Below, in pieces: positions 47,666 through 57,130 of a stretch of DNA of 64,000 bases. This DNA comes from Planctomycetes bacterium UBA1146 (lineage in GTDB: Bacteria; Planctomycetota; UBA8108; UBA1146). The stretch covers positions 14,532 through 78,531 of the forward strand of contig DCAA01000006.1 of assembly GCA_002311345.1 (NCBI GenBank), written 5' to 3'. The notes below the pieces were generated by a model. That model was not told the origin of the DNA, ran no database searches, and saw only the letters and a program-made list of their open reading frames with translations. A program made the translations under genes and the position numbers. The first letter of the stretch is position 1. Each line of letters starts with the position of its first letter.

Positions 47666-48869
47666 ACGCATCACCTGCTCGAGAGAATCTGGCTTCACTC
47701 TGCTCGAATTGCTCGTTGCCTTGACGTTGGCTGCGATCATTTCGTTGATCATCGCCCAGGTAGGCTCCGATTCTCAGGAGATGTACGACAGTACGGTGAC
47801 GATGGTAGAAACGTATCAGAAGTTCCGTTACGCACTCGATGACATCAGCGAGAACCTGTCCAAAATGGTACCAACGGCTTCTCTCGAGTTTTATCAGGAT
47901 CAGGGACGTTCCAGGGGTTACTGGGATGAAGGTGAGGAGCTCAAGGACCAGGATGTCGGGCCAAACCTCGAAGGGGGGGTACCCGGAAAGTACGACGAAG
48001 CCGCGACACTTTTCGAGCGGAAGTACTATCTCGAGGATGCGCGACCCGATGAGCCGCAAGAACACTGGAATGACGCGATTTATTTCAAGGCGCCTGTTGA
48101 GGTGCGTGGCGTGATTCGCCTCGCGAACGTCGAGTACTTCCTGGCCGATCCGCGAAGGCTAGAAGATGGACGCAGTGACGGAAAGATCCCCGCCGATGAA
48201 GAGATGAGTTTCGACGATAGTCGGTCATTGGTTTTGATGAAGGTAGTTCGATACCTTGATCTCGATCAGGGGAACTACAACTCCACAGAGGTTCGAGTTC
48301 GCAAGGTGGTCAGTGAATTGTGTTCGCGTGTCACTGATTTACGGATCGAGTATTTCTATGACAACTACTTCGATTCGAAGCCGGGTGGATTCATGAGCCC
48401 TTCCATCGAGGTGACCCCTGAGTTGGTAGATTCAGAGGATTCTGAATTGCGTAATATTGCCGGGACCTATGCGAAGAAGTTTCTTTACGGCGGTTTCATG
48501 TCGAGGATTCGGACCAATGCCATCCGAGGTATTCGCAACGTTGAGACGGGTGCCAACATGCCCGTACAGTTCAATTACAGCGGCAGTAACAAGATCAAGT
48601 TCTCGCAATTACGTACGGGAGACAAACTGTACATCTGGTCTGACGGAGGTAGCGCTTTTCCCAATGGTGAGTTCACTCTGCTCTACAACAGTAACGGACG
48701 CCTGCTGATGCAAGAGCCGATTCCTTTCAGCACCTGGGACCAGGATCCTGGAGGGCTTCGCTTCCGCGCGCCTTTTGTTCCCCCTGCTTTCCGGATTTCG
48801 GTACGTGTCCTCAATGAAAAGGGTGCCGAACCGAGAACCTTGACGATGGTGGTTCGCACCAATGGTTGA
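47622..48869 (+). CDS. Minor pseudopilin, GspJ/PilW-like, ~415 aa
   Basis: SG|FTLLELLVALTLAAII; RYALDDISENL; VEYFL; VTDLRIEY; PPAFRISVRV. In-frame TTG 47622 follows AAGGA (the ORF track starts at 47541). Confidence 0.78.
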   Translation: MRIRSTSARSSSTNRRITCSRESGFTLLELLVALTLAAIISLIIAQVGSDSQEMYDSTVTMVETYQKFRYALDDISENLSKMVPTASLEFYQDQGRSRGYWDEGEELKDQDVGPNLEGGVPGKYDEAATLFERKYYLEDARPDEPQEHWNDAIYFKAPVEVRGVIRLANVEYFLADPRRLEDGRSDGKIPADEEMSFDDSRSLVLMKVVRYLDLDQGNYNSTEVRVRKVVSELCSRVTDLRIEYFYDNYFDSKPGGFMSPSIEVTPELVDSEDSELRNIAGTYAKKFLYGGFMSRIRTNAIRGIRNVETGANMPVQFNYSGSNKIKFSQLRTGDKLYIWSDGGSAFPNGEFTLLYNSNGRLLMQEPIPFSTWDQDPGGLRFRAPFVPPAFRISVRVLNEKGAEPRTLTMVVRTNG

Positions 48870-48910
48870 TGGTTCCGTCGTGAGAGAACTCGGCCGTGAT
48901 CTCCGGGTCC

Positions 48911-50425
48911 TCAATCCTGTCGTTCGGTATTGAGGGCCAGCAGGAACTCCACATTAGAGGCGGTCTGCTTCAACTTTGCCTTGAGCATCTCCATCGCCTC
49001 GACCGGATTCATATCGTTGAGAACCTTGCGCAGGATCCAGAGTCGTTTGATTTCTTCTGGACTCATCAGCAATTCTTCTTTACGGGTACCTGAACGATTG
49101 ATGTCGATCGCAGGCCAGACTCGTTTGTCTGCAAGACGTCGATCAAGGTGGAGTTCCATGTTTCCGGTTCCCTTGAATTCCTCGAAGATCACCTCATCCA
49201 TGCGGGATCCGGTGTCGATCAGTGCGGTTGCAACGATCGTCAGGCTGCCACCATTCTCGATGTTCCTGGCAGCACCGAAGAAACGCTTCGGCCTTTGCAG
49301 GGCACCGGCATCCACTCCTCCGGAAAGAATTCTGCCGGAGTGGGGGGCCTCGTGGTTGTAAGCACGCCCCAGTCTTGTGATCGAATCAAGCAGGATAACC
49401 ACGTCGCGGCCATATTCGACCAGCCGCCGAGCTTTCTCGATGACCATCTCGGCGACCTGCACGTGGCGACTGGCGGGCTCGTCGAAGGTCGAAGAGATGA
49501 CTTCCCCTCGGACATTGCGTTCCATGTCGGTTACTTCTTCGGGACGTTCATCGATCAGTAGCACCATGAGGTCGACATCCGGATGGTTCGTGGCAATCGC
49601 ATTGGCGATCAGTTGCAAGATGATGGTCTTACCGGTCCTGGGCGGAGCAACGATCAGGCCACGCTGTCCTTTGCCGATGGGAGTCACCAGGTCGATGATC
49701 CTGGTCTCGATGACGTCGTTTTCCGTCTCCATTTGCAGCCGATCATCGGGATACAGCGGCGTCAGGTCATCGAAGACTACAATGTCTTGTACCTTCTCGG
49801 TGTTTTCGTAGTTGATGGCGTCGACCTGGAGCAGTGCGAAGTAGCGCTCCCCTTCCTTCGGTGGACGGACCTGGCCCTGGATCACGCAACCAGTGACCAG
49901 TCCAAATCGACGGATCTGGGAGGGTGAAACGTAGATGTCATCGGCACAAGGGTAGTAGGAGTAACGTGGAGAACGCAGGAATCCAAATCCATCGGGAAGT
50001 ACCTCGAGTACTCCTTCGCCATACATCACGCCCGCTTCCAGGGCTCGTTTCTTGAGGATGACGAAGATCAGATCCTGTTTCTTGAGCCCGGCGATCTCAT
50101 CGATTCCTTCTTCGCGAGACATCTGCTGTAACTCGGCCATCGTCATCTTGTGCATCTCGGATAGATGCAACTCGGGCAGCTTGCCCTTCACCGTCTGTGG
50201 AATCTCATCGAGATCTTCGACATCCATCGGTAGTCCTTCGAGATCGATGGGAGGAGTAGAGGTCTTTCTCTTGGTGACCTTCTTGCGGCGGGTTTGCTTC
50301 TTATCCTCGGTTCCTCTGGTGCCGCGGCGAGGATTGCGCCCCTTTTTTGTACGCGACGATCCGGACCGTGTGCCCCGGTCGAGATCACCTTCGCCCGAGG
50401 TATGGCTCGATTGACGTGGGGACAT
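48911..50425 (-). CDS. rho: Transcription termination factor Rho with basic N-terminal extension
   Basis: [81 protein letters not shown]. Confidence 0.98.
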   Translation of the reverse strand: MSPRQSSHTSGEGDLDRGTRSGSSRTKKGRNPRRGTRGTEDKKQTRRKKVTKRKTSTPPIDLEGLPMDVEDLDEIPQTVKGKLPELHLSEMHKMTMAELQQMSREEGIDEIAGLKKQDLIFVILKKRALEAGVMYGEGVLEVLPDGFGFLRSPRYSYYPCADDIYVSPSQIRRFGLVTGCVIQGQVRPPKEGERYFALLQVDAINYENTEKVQDIVVFDDLTPLYPDDRLQMETENDVIETRIIDLVTPIGKGQRGLIVAPPRTGKTIILQLIANAIATNHPDVDLMVLLIDERPEEVTDMERNVRGEVISSTFDEPASRHVQVAEMVIEKARRLVEYGRDVVILLDSITRLGRAYNHEAPHSGRILSGGVDAGALQRPKRFFGAARNIENGGSLTIVATALIDTGSRMDEVIFEEFKGTGNMELHLDRRLADKRVWPAIDINRSGTRKEELLMSPEEIKRLWILRKVLNDMNPVEAMEMLKAKLKQTASNVEFLLALNTERQD

Positions 50426-50444
50426 CAGAGATTCACCTCAATTT

Positions 50445-51146
50445 TCACTCCGGCTCTCCTTCGCCGTGGCCCATCCACTGCTTCAGGAAACTCCGGCACT
50501 GTTGCTTGATCTCTTCGTCGGAAGTCTCGTTCCGATTGGAGATCACACCATCTGCGGTTTCTTTCTTCTCGGAGAGTGGCACCTGTGCCGACTCCCTGAG
50601 GGCTCTTTCCCCCGGTTTCCAGCCCCGATGTTGCTGGAGACGCTGCTCACGATCTTCTTCTGGAGCCTCGATGAAGAGCACCCGGTCGACCAGTTTCCGG
50701 TAGGGAGAACTTTCGAGGAGGGGGATATCCAGGAGGATCAATGGCCGCCCACTAGGGAGCGGACTGCCCCTATCGGACCCCATCTCGGCCACTTTGGCAA
50801 GAGCAACATCGATCCGTTTCCGCACCCTCGGGTGGACGATTTTCTCCAGCGCAGCAAGGGCTTGCTGGTCGCAGAAGACCAACTTGGAGATCGCATCACG
50901 ATTTAGGCTCCCATCGGCAGATTTCATCTGGTCGCCGAGCGCCTGCTCGATTTCGGAGATCACCTCGGGTTGCTCGAGTATTTCGTGGGCCATCTGATCG
51001 GCATCGATGACGTGGGCTCCGAGAGAATCGAAGATTTTTGCCACCGTGCTCTTGCCCGATCCGATCCCCCCGGTGATGGCGATGATCCACGGGTCGGTCG
51101 TGTCGCCAACTGGGTCGTGGTTTTCACACATTTCACTTGGAGGCAT
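50445..51146 (-). CDS. coaE: Dephospho-CoA kinase
   Basis: IAITGGIGSGKST, IDADQMAH, LEKIVHPRV, LDIPLLE. Confidence 0.94.
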   Translation of the reverse strand: MPPSEMCENHDPVGDTTDPWIIAITGGIGSGKSTVAKIFDSLGAHVIDADQMAHEILEQPEVISEIEQALGDQMKSADGSLNRDAISKLVFCDQQALAALEKIVHPRVRKRIDVALAKVAEMGSDRGSPLPSGRPLILLDIPLLESSPYRKLVDRVLFIEAPEEDREQRLQQHRGWKPGERALRESAQVPLSEKKETADGVISNRNETSDEEIKQQCRSFLKQWMGHGEGEPE

Positions 51147-54000
51147 CGAACCAGTCCCTCCCCATGCTCACCTGAACCTCCAGTGGCACCGAGATCTTCA
51201 TCGCCGCTTCCATCACTTCTTTTAGCCAGATGGCACACTCCTCGGAGAGATGCTCGGGAACCTCGAGCAGCAACTCGTCGTGAATCTGCAGCAGGATTCG
51301 CGCTTCGTTGCCACGAGAAAGTGCTTCACGATGTACGTCGATCATCGCCTTCTTGATCAGGTCTGCAGCGGACCCCTGCACCACGGTGTTGATGGCGTAC
51401 CTTTCTCCCTGGGCTTTCTCACGCGGAAGGCGAGAAAGAATCTCCGGGATCGGACGTCGACGCCCGCAGAGAGTCCTGACCTCTCCGGTTTCGATCGCCT
51501 TACGCTTCGTCTCTTCCATCCAATCTCGAACTCGCGGGAAGCCTTCGAAGTAGGACTCGATGAACTCCTTGGCTTCGGCGATGGAAATGCCTATGTCACG
51601 GGCAAGTCCACGGGCACCCATGCCATACATCAGCCCGAAATTGACCGCCTTGGCTGCCGATCTTTCATCCTTGCTCACCGCATCGATCTCTTTGTCATGG
51701 ATCTTGGCCGCTACAGAGGCGTGAATGTCGATTCCCGATTCGATGGTGGAAATCAGACCCTCGTCGCCGGTCAGATGGGCCAGAAGTCTCAGTTCGACCT
51801 GAGAATAGTCGGCACAGACGAAGATACAGCCTTCCCGATTTGGGATGAATGCCTGACGGATGCGTCTGCCCTCGTCGGAACGAATCGGGATGTTCTGTAG
51901 GTTGGGACGATTCGAGGCCAGTCTTCCAGTGGCGGTCACCGTCTGTCGGAAATCAGTATGGATCCTGCCGGTTCCCGGATGCAGATGCTGCGGGATCGCC
52001 ATCACGTAGGTCGAGATCAACTTCGAGAGAGATCGGTGACGGAGGATCAGCGCTGGCAACTTCTGGTCGGGGTGACGCGAGGCGAGTTCTTCGAGAGTTT
52101 CGGCCTTGACGCTGGTGCCGGTCTTGGTGCTGGGAAGTCCTTTCTTGGGCAATTTGAGGTCCTCGAATAGTACCTTCTGCAACTGCTTGGGACTGGCGAT
52201 GTTGAACGGTTCCCCGGCCTCCTCGTGGATGCGGGACTCGATGAGTTCCAGTTCTGCCGAAAGTTTGGTCCCCTGCTCCTTCAAACGGTCCTCGTCGATG
52301 GAGATTCCTTCTCGTTCCATCGCCACCAGCACCTCGATGAGAGGCAGTTCGATCTCCTCCAGAACCTCGCGTAATTGGTACTGATCAATCTCCTGATCGA
52401 GATCTCGATGCAGACGCAGGGTCCAGTCCGCATCCTCGGCGGCATAGTGACAGATTTTTTCAGGCTCGATCTGGTCCATCGATATCTCGGAACCCCGTTC
52501 ACCGATGATTTCCCGGATCGGGATCATCGTGTGGGCGAGACGTTCCGCGACCAGGCCGTCGAGACCGTAGCGCCCTCTCACCGGGTTGATCAGATAGGAG
52601 GAGATCATCGGGTCCCCGCAGATGCCGGCCAGTATCACTCCCTCGTTGCGCATCACCTGGGCATCGAACTTGATGTTCTGACCGATCTTGCCGATGGCAG
52701 CATCTTCGAGCAGCGGACCGAGTCGTTCCATCACATCTTTGCGAGCGATGGGTCCCTCGCCGCTGGGACTCTGAAACGGGATGTACCACGCCTCGGCGGC
52801 TTCGACGGCGATGCTACAGCCGACCACGGTGCAGCCGATCTGATCGAGTGAGTTGGTCTCGGTATCGAAGGCGAAGGAACCGGCTTGGCGGCACCTCTCG
52901 ACGATCTGATCCAGTTCCTCGATGGTCGTTACGAGGTGATATTCGACCGCTGGATCGTCAGGGAGGGGGGGCGGTTGGTGGTCCTGGGCACCGGACGCAT
53001 CCCCACCGGACGCAGCGGCACCAGTATCGGAATCTGTATCGGCGCCCGCGAAGAGGCTCGCTTGTTGTTCGACAGGCTTGCTCATCATCTTGAGGAACCT
53101 GTTGAAGCCGAGTTCCTTGAACAGTTCGCTCAGCAGGGTTTCATCCGGTGCGATCCGGATCAACTCGGTGGGGACACAGTCGAGAGGAGTCTGCTGGGAT
53201 AGGGTCACCAGTTCCTTCGAGAGATGCAGCATCTCTGGACAGGCACGGATCTTCTTCAGAGACGCCGCTGGAATACCATCTGGCACCGGATCCTCGAGCA
53301 GCGTTGCCGGATCCTCGACCAGCGAGAGGATTATTTCTGCACCCTTGGGGCCGATTCCTTTCACTCCGGGAATGTTGTCAGAGGAGTCTCCAACCAGCGA
53401 CTGGTATGCGATGACCTGTTGAGGTTCGATTCCCTTCTTTTCGAGCAATTCCTCCGGTCCGTAGAGTTGGCCGGTCGAGACATCGAGAAACTTGACTCTG
53501 TCGGAGAGAACCTGCTCGAGATCCTTGTCCTTTGTCAGTAGCCGTACATCGATTTCTTCGGACGCGGCTCTCGTCGCCATCGTCGCGATGCAATCGTCTG
53601 CTTCGTGATGAGGAGACTGCAGGATCGGAATCCGGAATGCCTCCAGCAACCGATCGATGAAGGGCAACTGTATGCTCAGTTCTTCCGGCATCTCCTCCCG
53701 GTTTGCCTTGTACTGATCGTAGCGATCGTGACGGAAGGTGGGTCCATCGCATTCCATGGCGATGGCCCACAGATCGACCGGATGATCCCGGCACAGGCGA
53801 AGCAGCAAGTCGGCGATCGCGTAGATCGCCTGGACCTGCATCCCGCGACTGTCGGTCAAACGCCTCATTCCGTAAAATCCCCGGTAGATCTGATATCTGC
53901 CGTCGATGAGGAAGAGGGTCTGAGACAAAGGTATCGCTTTCCGGGTGCTGGTGAGCACTGCTGCGAAGGGTGGGTTATCGATCGAGTTCAGTTCTGCCAC
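51133..54000 (-). CDS. polA: DNA polymerase I (5'-3' exonuclease, 3'-5' exonuclease, polymerase)
   Basis: FLIDG, EADD, DKDLEQ, GDSSDNIPGVKGIGPK; AFDTET; GQNIKFD; TGRLASNRPNLQNIP; ADYSQVELR; AKAVNFGLMYG; QIHDEL. Exact start uncertain. Confidence 0.98.
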   Translation of the reverse strand: MAELNSIDNPPFAAVLTSTRKAIPLSQTLFLIDGRYQIYRGFYGMRRLTDSRGMQVQAIYAIADLLLRLCRDHPVDLWAIAMECDGPTFRHDRYDQYKANREEMPEELSIQLPFIDRLLEAFRIPILQSPHHEADDCIATMATRAASEEIDVRLLTKDKDLEQVLSDRVKFLDVSTGQLYGPEELLEKKGIEPQQVIAYQSLVGDSSDNIPGVKGIGPKGAEIILSLVEDPATLLEDPVPDGIPAASLKKIRACPEMLHLSKELVTLSQQTPLDCVPTELIRIAPDETLLSELFKELGFNRFLKMMSKPVEQQASLFAGADTDSDTGAAASGGDASGAQDHQPPPLPDDPAVEYHLVTTIEELDQIVERCRQAGSFAFDTETNSLDQIGCTVVGCSIAVEAAEAWYIPFQSPSGEGPIARKDVMERLGPLLEDAAIGKIGQNIKFDAQVMRNEGVILAGICGDPMISSYLINPVRGRYGLDGLVAERLAHTMIPIREIIGERGSEISMDQIEPEKICHYAAEDADWTLRLHRDLDQEIDQYQLREVLEEIELPLIEVLVAMEREGISIDEDRLKEQGTKLSAELELIESRIHEEAGEPFNIASPKQLQKVLFEDLKLPKKGLPSTKTGTSVKAETLEELASRHPDQKLPALILRHRSLSKLISTYVMAIPQHLHPGTGRIHTDFRQTVTATGRLASNRPNLQNIPIRSDEGRRIRQAFIPNREGCIFVCADYSQVELRLLAHLTGDEGLISTIESGIDIHASVAAKIHDKEIDAVSKDERSAAKAVNFGLMYGMGARGLARDIGISIAEAKEFIESYFEGFPRVRDWMEETKRKAIETGEVRTLCGRRRPIPEILSRLPREKAQGERYAINTVVQGSAADLIKKAMIDVHREALSRGNEARILLQIHDELLLEVPEHLSEECAIWLKEVMEAAMKISVPLEVQVSMGRDWFDASK

Positions 54001-54049
54001 AGAAACTATCTCAGAGGCCGACAGACGGCAATGAGCGGGTGTCGACTGC

Positions 54050-54078
54050 TTGACGGGCTTTCGGCTCCAGCGTAGGAT
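54050..54078 (+). promoter_or_regulatory. Putative sigma70 promoter
   Basis: TTGACG, 17-nt spacer, TAGGAT, about 245 nt upstream of ATG 54325. Confidence 0.6.
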
Positions 54079-54084
54079 CAGCGC

Positions 54085-54259
54085 TTCCGGCCCCGGAAGG
54101 GGCAGGAGCCTCCAGGGTGTGCATCCGGGTTGCTCGGGTCTTCCCTGACTGGTTTCGGCTTTGAGTTGGATTTCCCCAGTATGGAGGTCTTCGGAGCCCG
54201 GAAGGAAATGAACCGCAATCCAGTTGTCTCTGGGTTCTGAGTCCCGATCGGGACCGGAA
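54085..54259 (+). ncRNA. Candidate structured RNA or 5' leader (~175-nt interrupted rod)
   Basis: Nested pairings TTCCGGCCCC/GGGACCGGAA, CCAGGG/CTCTGG, GGGTTGC/GCAATCC and ACTGG/CCAGT. It starts 7 nt after the -10 box and contains C(UUCG)G at 54189-54194. Confidence 0.35.
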
Positions 54260-54324
54260 CACCGGCGCGAGAATTGGTGGCCGGGTCCGCATCTTCGGTG
54301 TGGCGCTTACAGGGAGGATACCCG

Positions 54325-55536
54325 ATGGCCCGCAATCAGGGGGGAGCACAGCTCTCTTTTCTCATCGTTTCGCTGATTGGAATTCTGGTGCTCTGTTTCG
54401 TTGTTTTCCAGCAAAACAGCGACATGGAGCAACTCAACACCAGCCTCATTGGAGCAAGGAATGAGGTGGCTACCAAGGAAGATCTCATCAAGGAAAAGTC
54501 CATCGAAATCGGTGGACTCCGGGTGCTGATTCACGGCAACGGTGAATCCGCAGTTCCGGTCCCAGAGGTCCAGGCGATGATCGAGAAATCCGGAAGCGAC
54601 ATCGCCACGGCGCGTGGCTCGAGCAGTGCCAGGGAGTACGAGTCTCTCACCGAGATGTACGACGACTCGATCGATACGATTCGATTTCTCAACAACGAAT
54701 TGCAGAGTCAGCGTTCCGCTGCCGAAGCGAAGGACAACGAGTATCAGGAAGTGGTCATTTCCAAGAGCAACCTCGGTTCCCAGCTGAACGAGGAGATCGA
54801 TTCGCTTCGATCCCAGCTCAATGACATGCAGGTCCAATTGGAGCAGAGTCGCACCAGGGCACGCGAAGAGAGCGCTCGTCTGCGTGAAGAGGTCGAGCGT
54901 CTCGTCCAGGACAACAGTGCCACCGTCTACAAGTTGCAACGTGATCTGAGCATTTCCGAGAATCTCCTCAAACGTTCCAATGACAGGATCGATGAGTTGA
55001 AGCGGGAGATCGTTCGTGAACAGACATTCGCGATGGTCGAGCCCGATGGAGAGGTTCTGAATGTGAGTGAGGAACTGGGCAAGGCGTGGATCAACCTCGG
55101 CACCAATGATCGCCTGCGCAGAGGTCTGGTCTTCGATGTGTTTGCATACCAGAAGGGCGGCAAGCGCATCAGTAAGGGACGGATAGAAGTTCTCAGTATT
55201 CAGGATCGGTATTCGGAGGTGGCGATCCTCGAGAACCTCGATCGCTTCAATCCGATTTCGACCGGCGACATGATCGCCAGTCCTTTCTACGATGGAGAAG
55301 ACGTGCCGGTGTTCGTCTTCGCTGGAGACACTGCTACCAACGGTCGTTACTCGCTGGAGGATATGGCCCGGAAGATCGAACTATTCGGTGGAGTGGTATC
55401 GGACAAGGTCCAGTTGAATACCGATTTCGTCGTGGCCGTGAAGGGCTACGAGGAGACCCCCGAATACGATCTCGCTCGTGATCTCGGCGTCACGATCCTG
55501 AGGGAAGCGGAACTTCTCGAATTCATCGACTTCTAG
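54325..55536 (+). CDS. Membrane-anchored long coiled-coil protein with small beta-barrel and C-terminal BRCT-like domain
   Basis: GGAGG RBS; TM LSFLIVSLIGILVLCFVVF; ~200-aa heptad region; AWINLGTNDRLRRGLVFDV beta domain; VFVFAG...IELFGGVVSDKVQLNTDFVVA...ARDLGVTILREAELLEFI is a BRCT pattern. Confidence 0.8.
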   Translation: MARNQGGAQLSFLIVSLIGILVLCFVVFQQNSDMEQLNTSLIGARNEVATKEDLIKEKSIEIGGLRVLIHGNGESAVPVPEVQAMIEKSGSDIATARGSSSAREYESLTEMYDDSIDTIRFLNNELQSQRSAAEAKDNEYQEVVISKSNLGSQLNEEIDSLRSQLNDMQVQLEQSRTRAREESARLREEVERLVQDNSATVYKLQRDLSISENLLKRSNDRIDELKREIVREQTFAMVEPDGEVLNVSEELGKAWINLGTNDRLRRGLVFDVFAYQKGGKRISKGRIEVLSIQDRYSEVAILENLDRFNPISTGDMIASPFYDGEDVPVFVFAGDTATNGRYSLEDMARKIELFGGVVSDKVQLNTDFVVAVKGYEETPEYDLARDLGVTILREAELLEFIDF

Positions 55537-55556
55537 AGCAGTTTTCTTGCTACTTA

Positions 55557-55592
55557 GAAGACGGCGGCGGGGAACTCCTCGCCGCCGTCTTC
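55557..55592 (+). terminator. Strong hairpin, probable intrinsic terminator
   Basis: GAAGACGGCGGCGGGG-AACT-CCTCGCCGCCGTCTTC, a 16-bp stem with one G-U pair, 20 nt after the stop. Confidence 0.7.
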
Positions 55593-55737
55593 CTGTATCT
55601 GACGGTGGTTACGAACCCCTCGGAGACAGGAGAACTGTGCGCTGAGGTTTGCCGCTGACCTCAGGTCGTGGCATCTTGTCGCTCCAGGACCAGGATCTCA
55701 GGTGGATCCTGACGGCGTCCGGCAGGAGGGCTGGAGG

Positions 55738-57075
55738 ATGAAGCAGGTTCCCGGTTCCCAGGAGAATCTGAAGACGATGTCTTTCGGCGATCATCTCGAG
55801 GAACTTCGTTCCCGGGTGATACGTTCGATTCTGGTGGTCCTCATCTGTGCGGCGGTCGCCTTCATCTACCAGAACGATCTGATGCAACTGGTCACCGGAC
55901 CACACCGGCTCGCCTTGTCTCAGATCGAAGCCCGCAATCAGATCTGGCAAATCGATGAAGATGTAACCTCGGCGCAAAAGTCGCTGCAGGCATTGCCGGC
56001 GGCGATGGCATCCAAGGTGCTACTCGATGTCGATGAGAACGAGGACTGGTGGAGTCGCTGGAACCAGTTTCGACAGCAGCAGGTGGAGTCGGGAGCGAAC
56101 ACCGATCTGGTCGAGTTGCTGCAGGAGCGGATCACCGATCTCTATCCTGCAGACAGTTCCTCGTTGGTTCTGGCCGGGACAGTTTCGCGTTTTCAGTACA
56201 GTGCGGCCCAATTACGATTGGTCCAAAACGATGCGCCCTGGGGTACCAGTACCCCGATCGAGCACAGCATCGAGGGACTGGAGGCGATGGCCAGCTTGTG
56301 GATCGGCTGGACCGAGATTCCGGCGACCTCGCCGGATCCCGGCGAGTCGAGTGATCCGGATGGAAATTCGGAACCCGAAAACGATCCGGTCATCAAACCT
56401 GCCGCAGTCGATCCCGCGGTGATCGAGGTGCTCGAGCAGGTCGCGGGACTTTCCGTCACCATCGAGAGCCGCAGTCGCGATCTGCTCGGCTGGAGAAGCC
56501 GGGCTCTGCCCCTGGCGTTGCTCAGTTATGCCGAGGCGTTCTTCTCGTACGTGAAACTGAGCCTTCTGATCGGCCTGCTGTGCGCTCTGCCGTGGTTGAC
56601 TTTCGAGATCTGGCAGTTCATCGCTGCCGGGCTCTATCACTCCGAACGCCGTGCAGCACTTCCCTTCCTTCCGGTCGCGTTCCTGCTGCTGGGGCTGGGA
56701 GTCACCTTTGCCTACCTGGTGCTGATCCCGGTCGGCCTGTCCTTTCTCGCTGGATATGGAGATCCACAACTGGTTCGTCCCGTTTTCACGTTGCAGAACT
56801 ATCTGGGTCTGGTTTTCACGTTGATCCTGGGTATGGGGCTCGTATTTCAGTTGCCACTGCTGATGATATTCCTGACACGCAGTGGGTTGCTGCAGGTGGA
56901 CAATTTCCGCCACTACAGAAGGTACTCCATCGTCGGCGCGGTGATCCTGGGAGCCTTGTTGACTCCCCCCGATATCGTGACTCAGTTGTTGATGGCCGGA
57001 CCGCTGGTGATCCTCTATGAAGTGGGCATCATCGCCTGTGCGATGAGTGCCAAGAAGAAGTCCGGAGATGATTGA
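55738..57075 (+). CDS. tatC: Twin-arginine translocase subunit TatC with large periplasmic insertion
   Basis: MSFGDHLEELRSR, EAFFSYVKL, EIWQFIAAGLYHSERR, GLVFQLP, LTPPDIVTQLLMAGPLVILYE. Confidence 0.94.
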   Translation: MKQVPGSQENLKTMSFGDHLEELRSRVIRSILVVLICAAVAFIYQNDLMQLVTGPHRLALSQIEARNQIWQIDEDVTSAQKSLQALPAAMASKVLLDVDENEDWWSRWNQFRQQQVESGANTDLVELLQERITDLYPADSSSLVLAGTVSRFQYSAAQLRLVQNDAPWGTSTPIEHSIEGLEAMASLWIGWTEIPATSPDPGESSDPDGNSEPENDPVIKPAAVDPAVIEVLEQVAGLSVTIESRSRDLLGWRSRALPLALLSYAEAFFSYVKLSLLIGLLCALPWLTFEIWQFIAAGLYHSERRAALPFLPVAFLLLGLGVTFAYLVLIPVGLSFLAGYGDPQLVRPVFTLQNYLGLVFTLILGMGLVFQLPLLMIFLTRSGLLQVDNFRHYRRYSIVGAVILGALLTPPDIVTQLLMAGPLVILYEVGIIACAMSAKKKSGDD

Positions 57076-57130
57076 TTTGTCCGGTTGGTCGGAGATCTTC
57101 GATCACCTCGACGGGAAAAAGGTGTAGATC

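Noticed and set aside
50250..50425. Lys/Arg-rich N-terminal extension of Rho
   Set aside because: Low-complexity N-terminal extensions are common in Rho from many phyla, so this is not novel.
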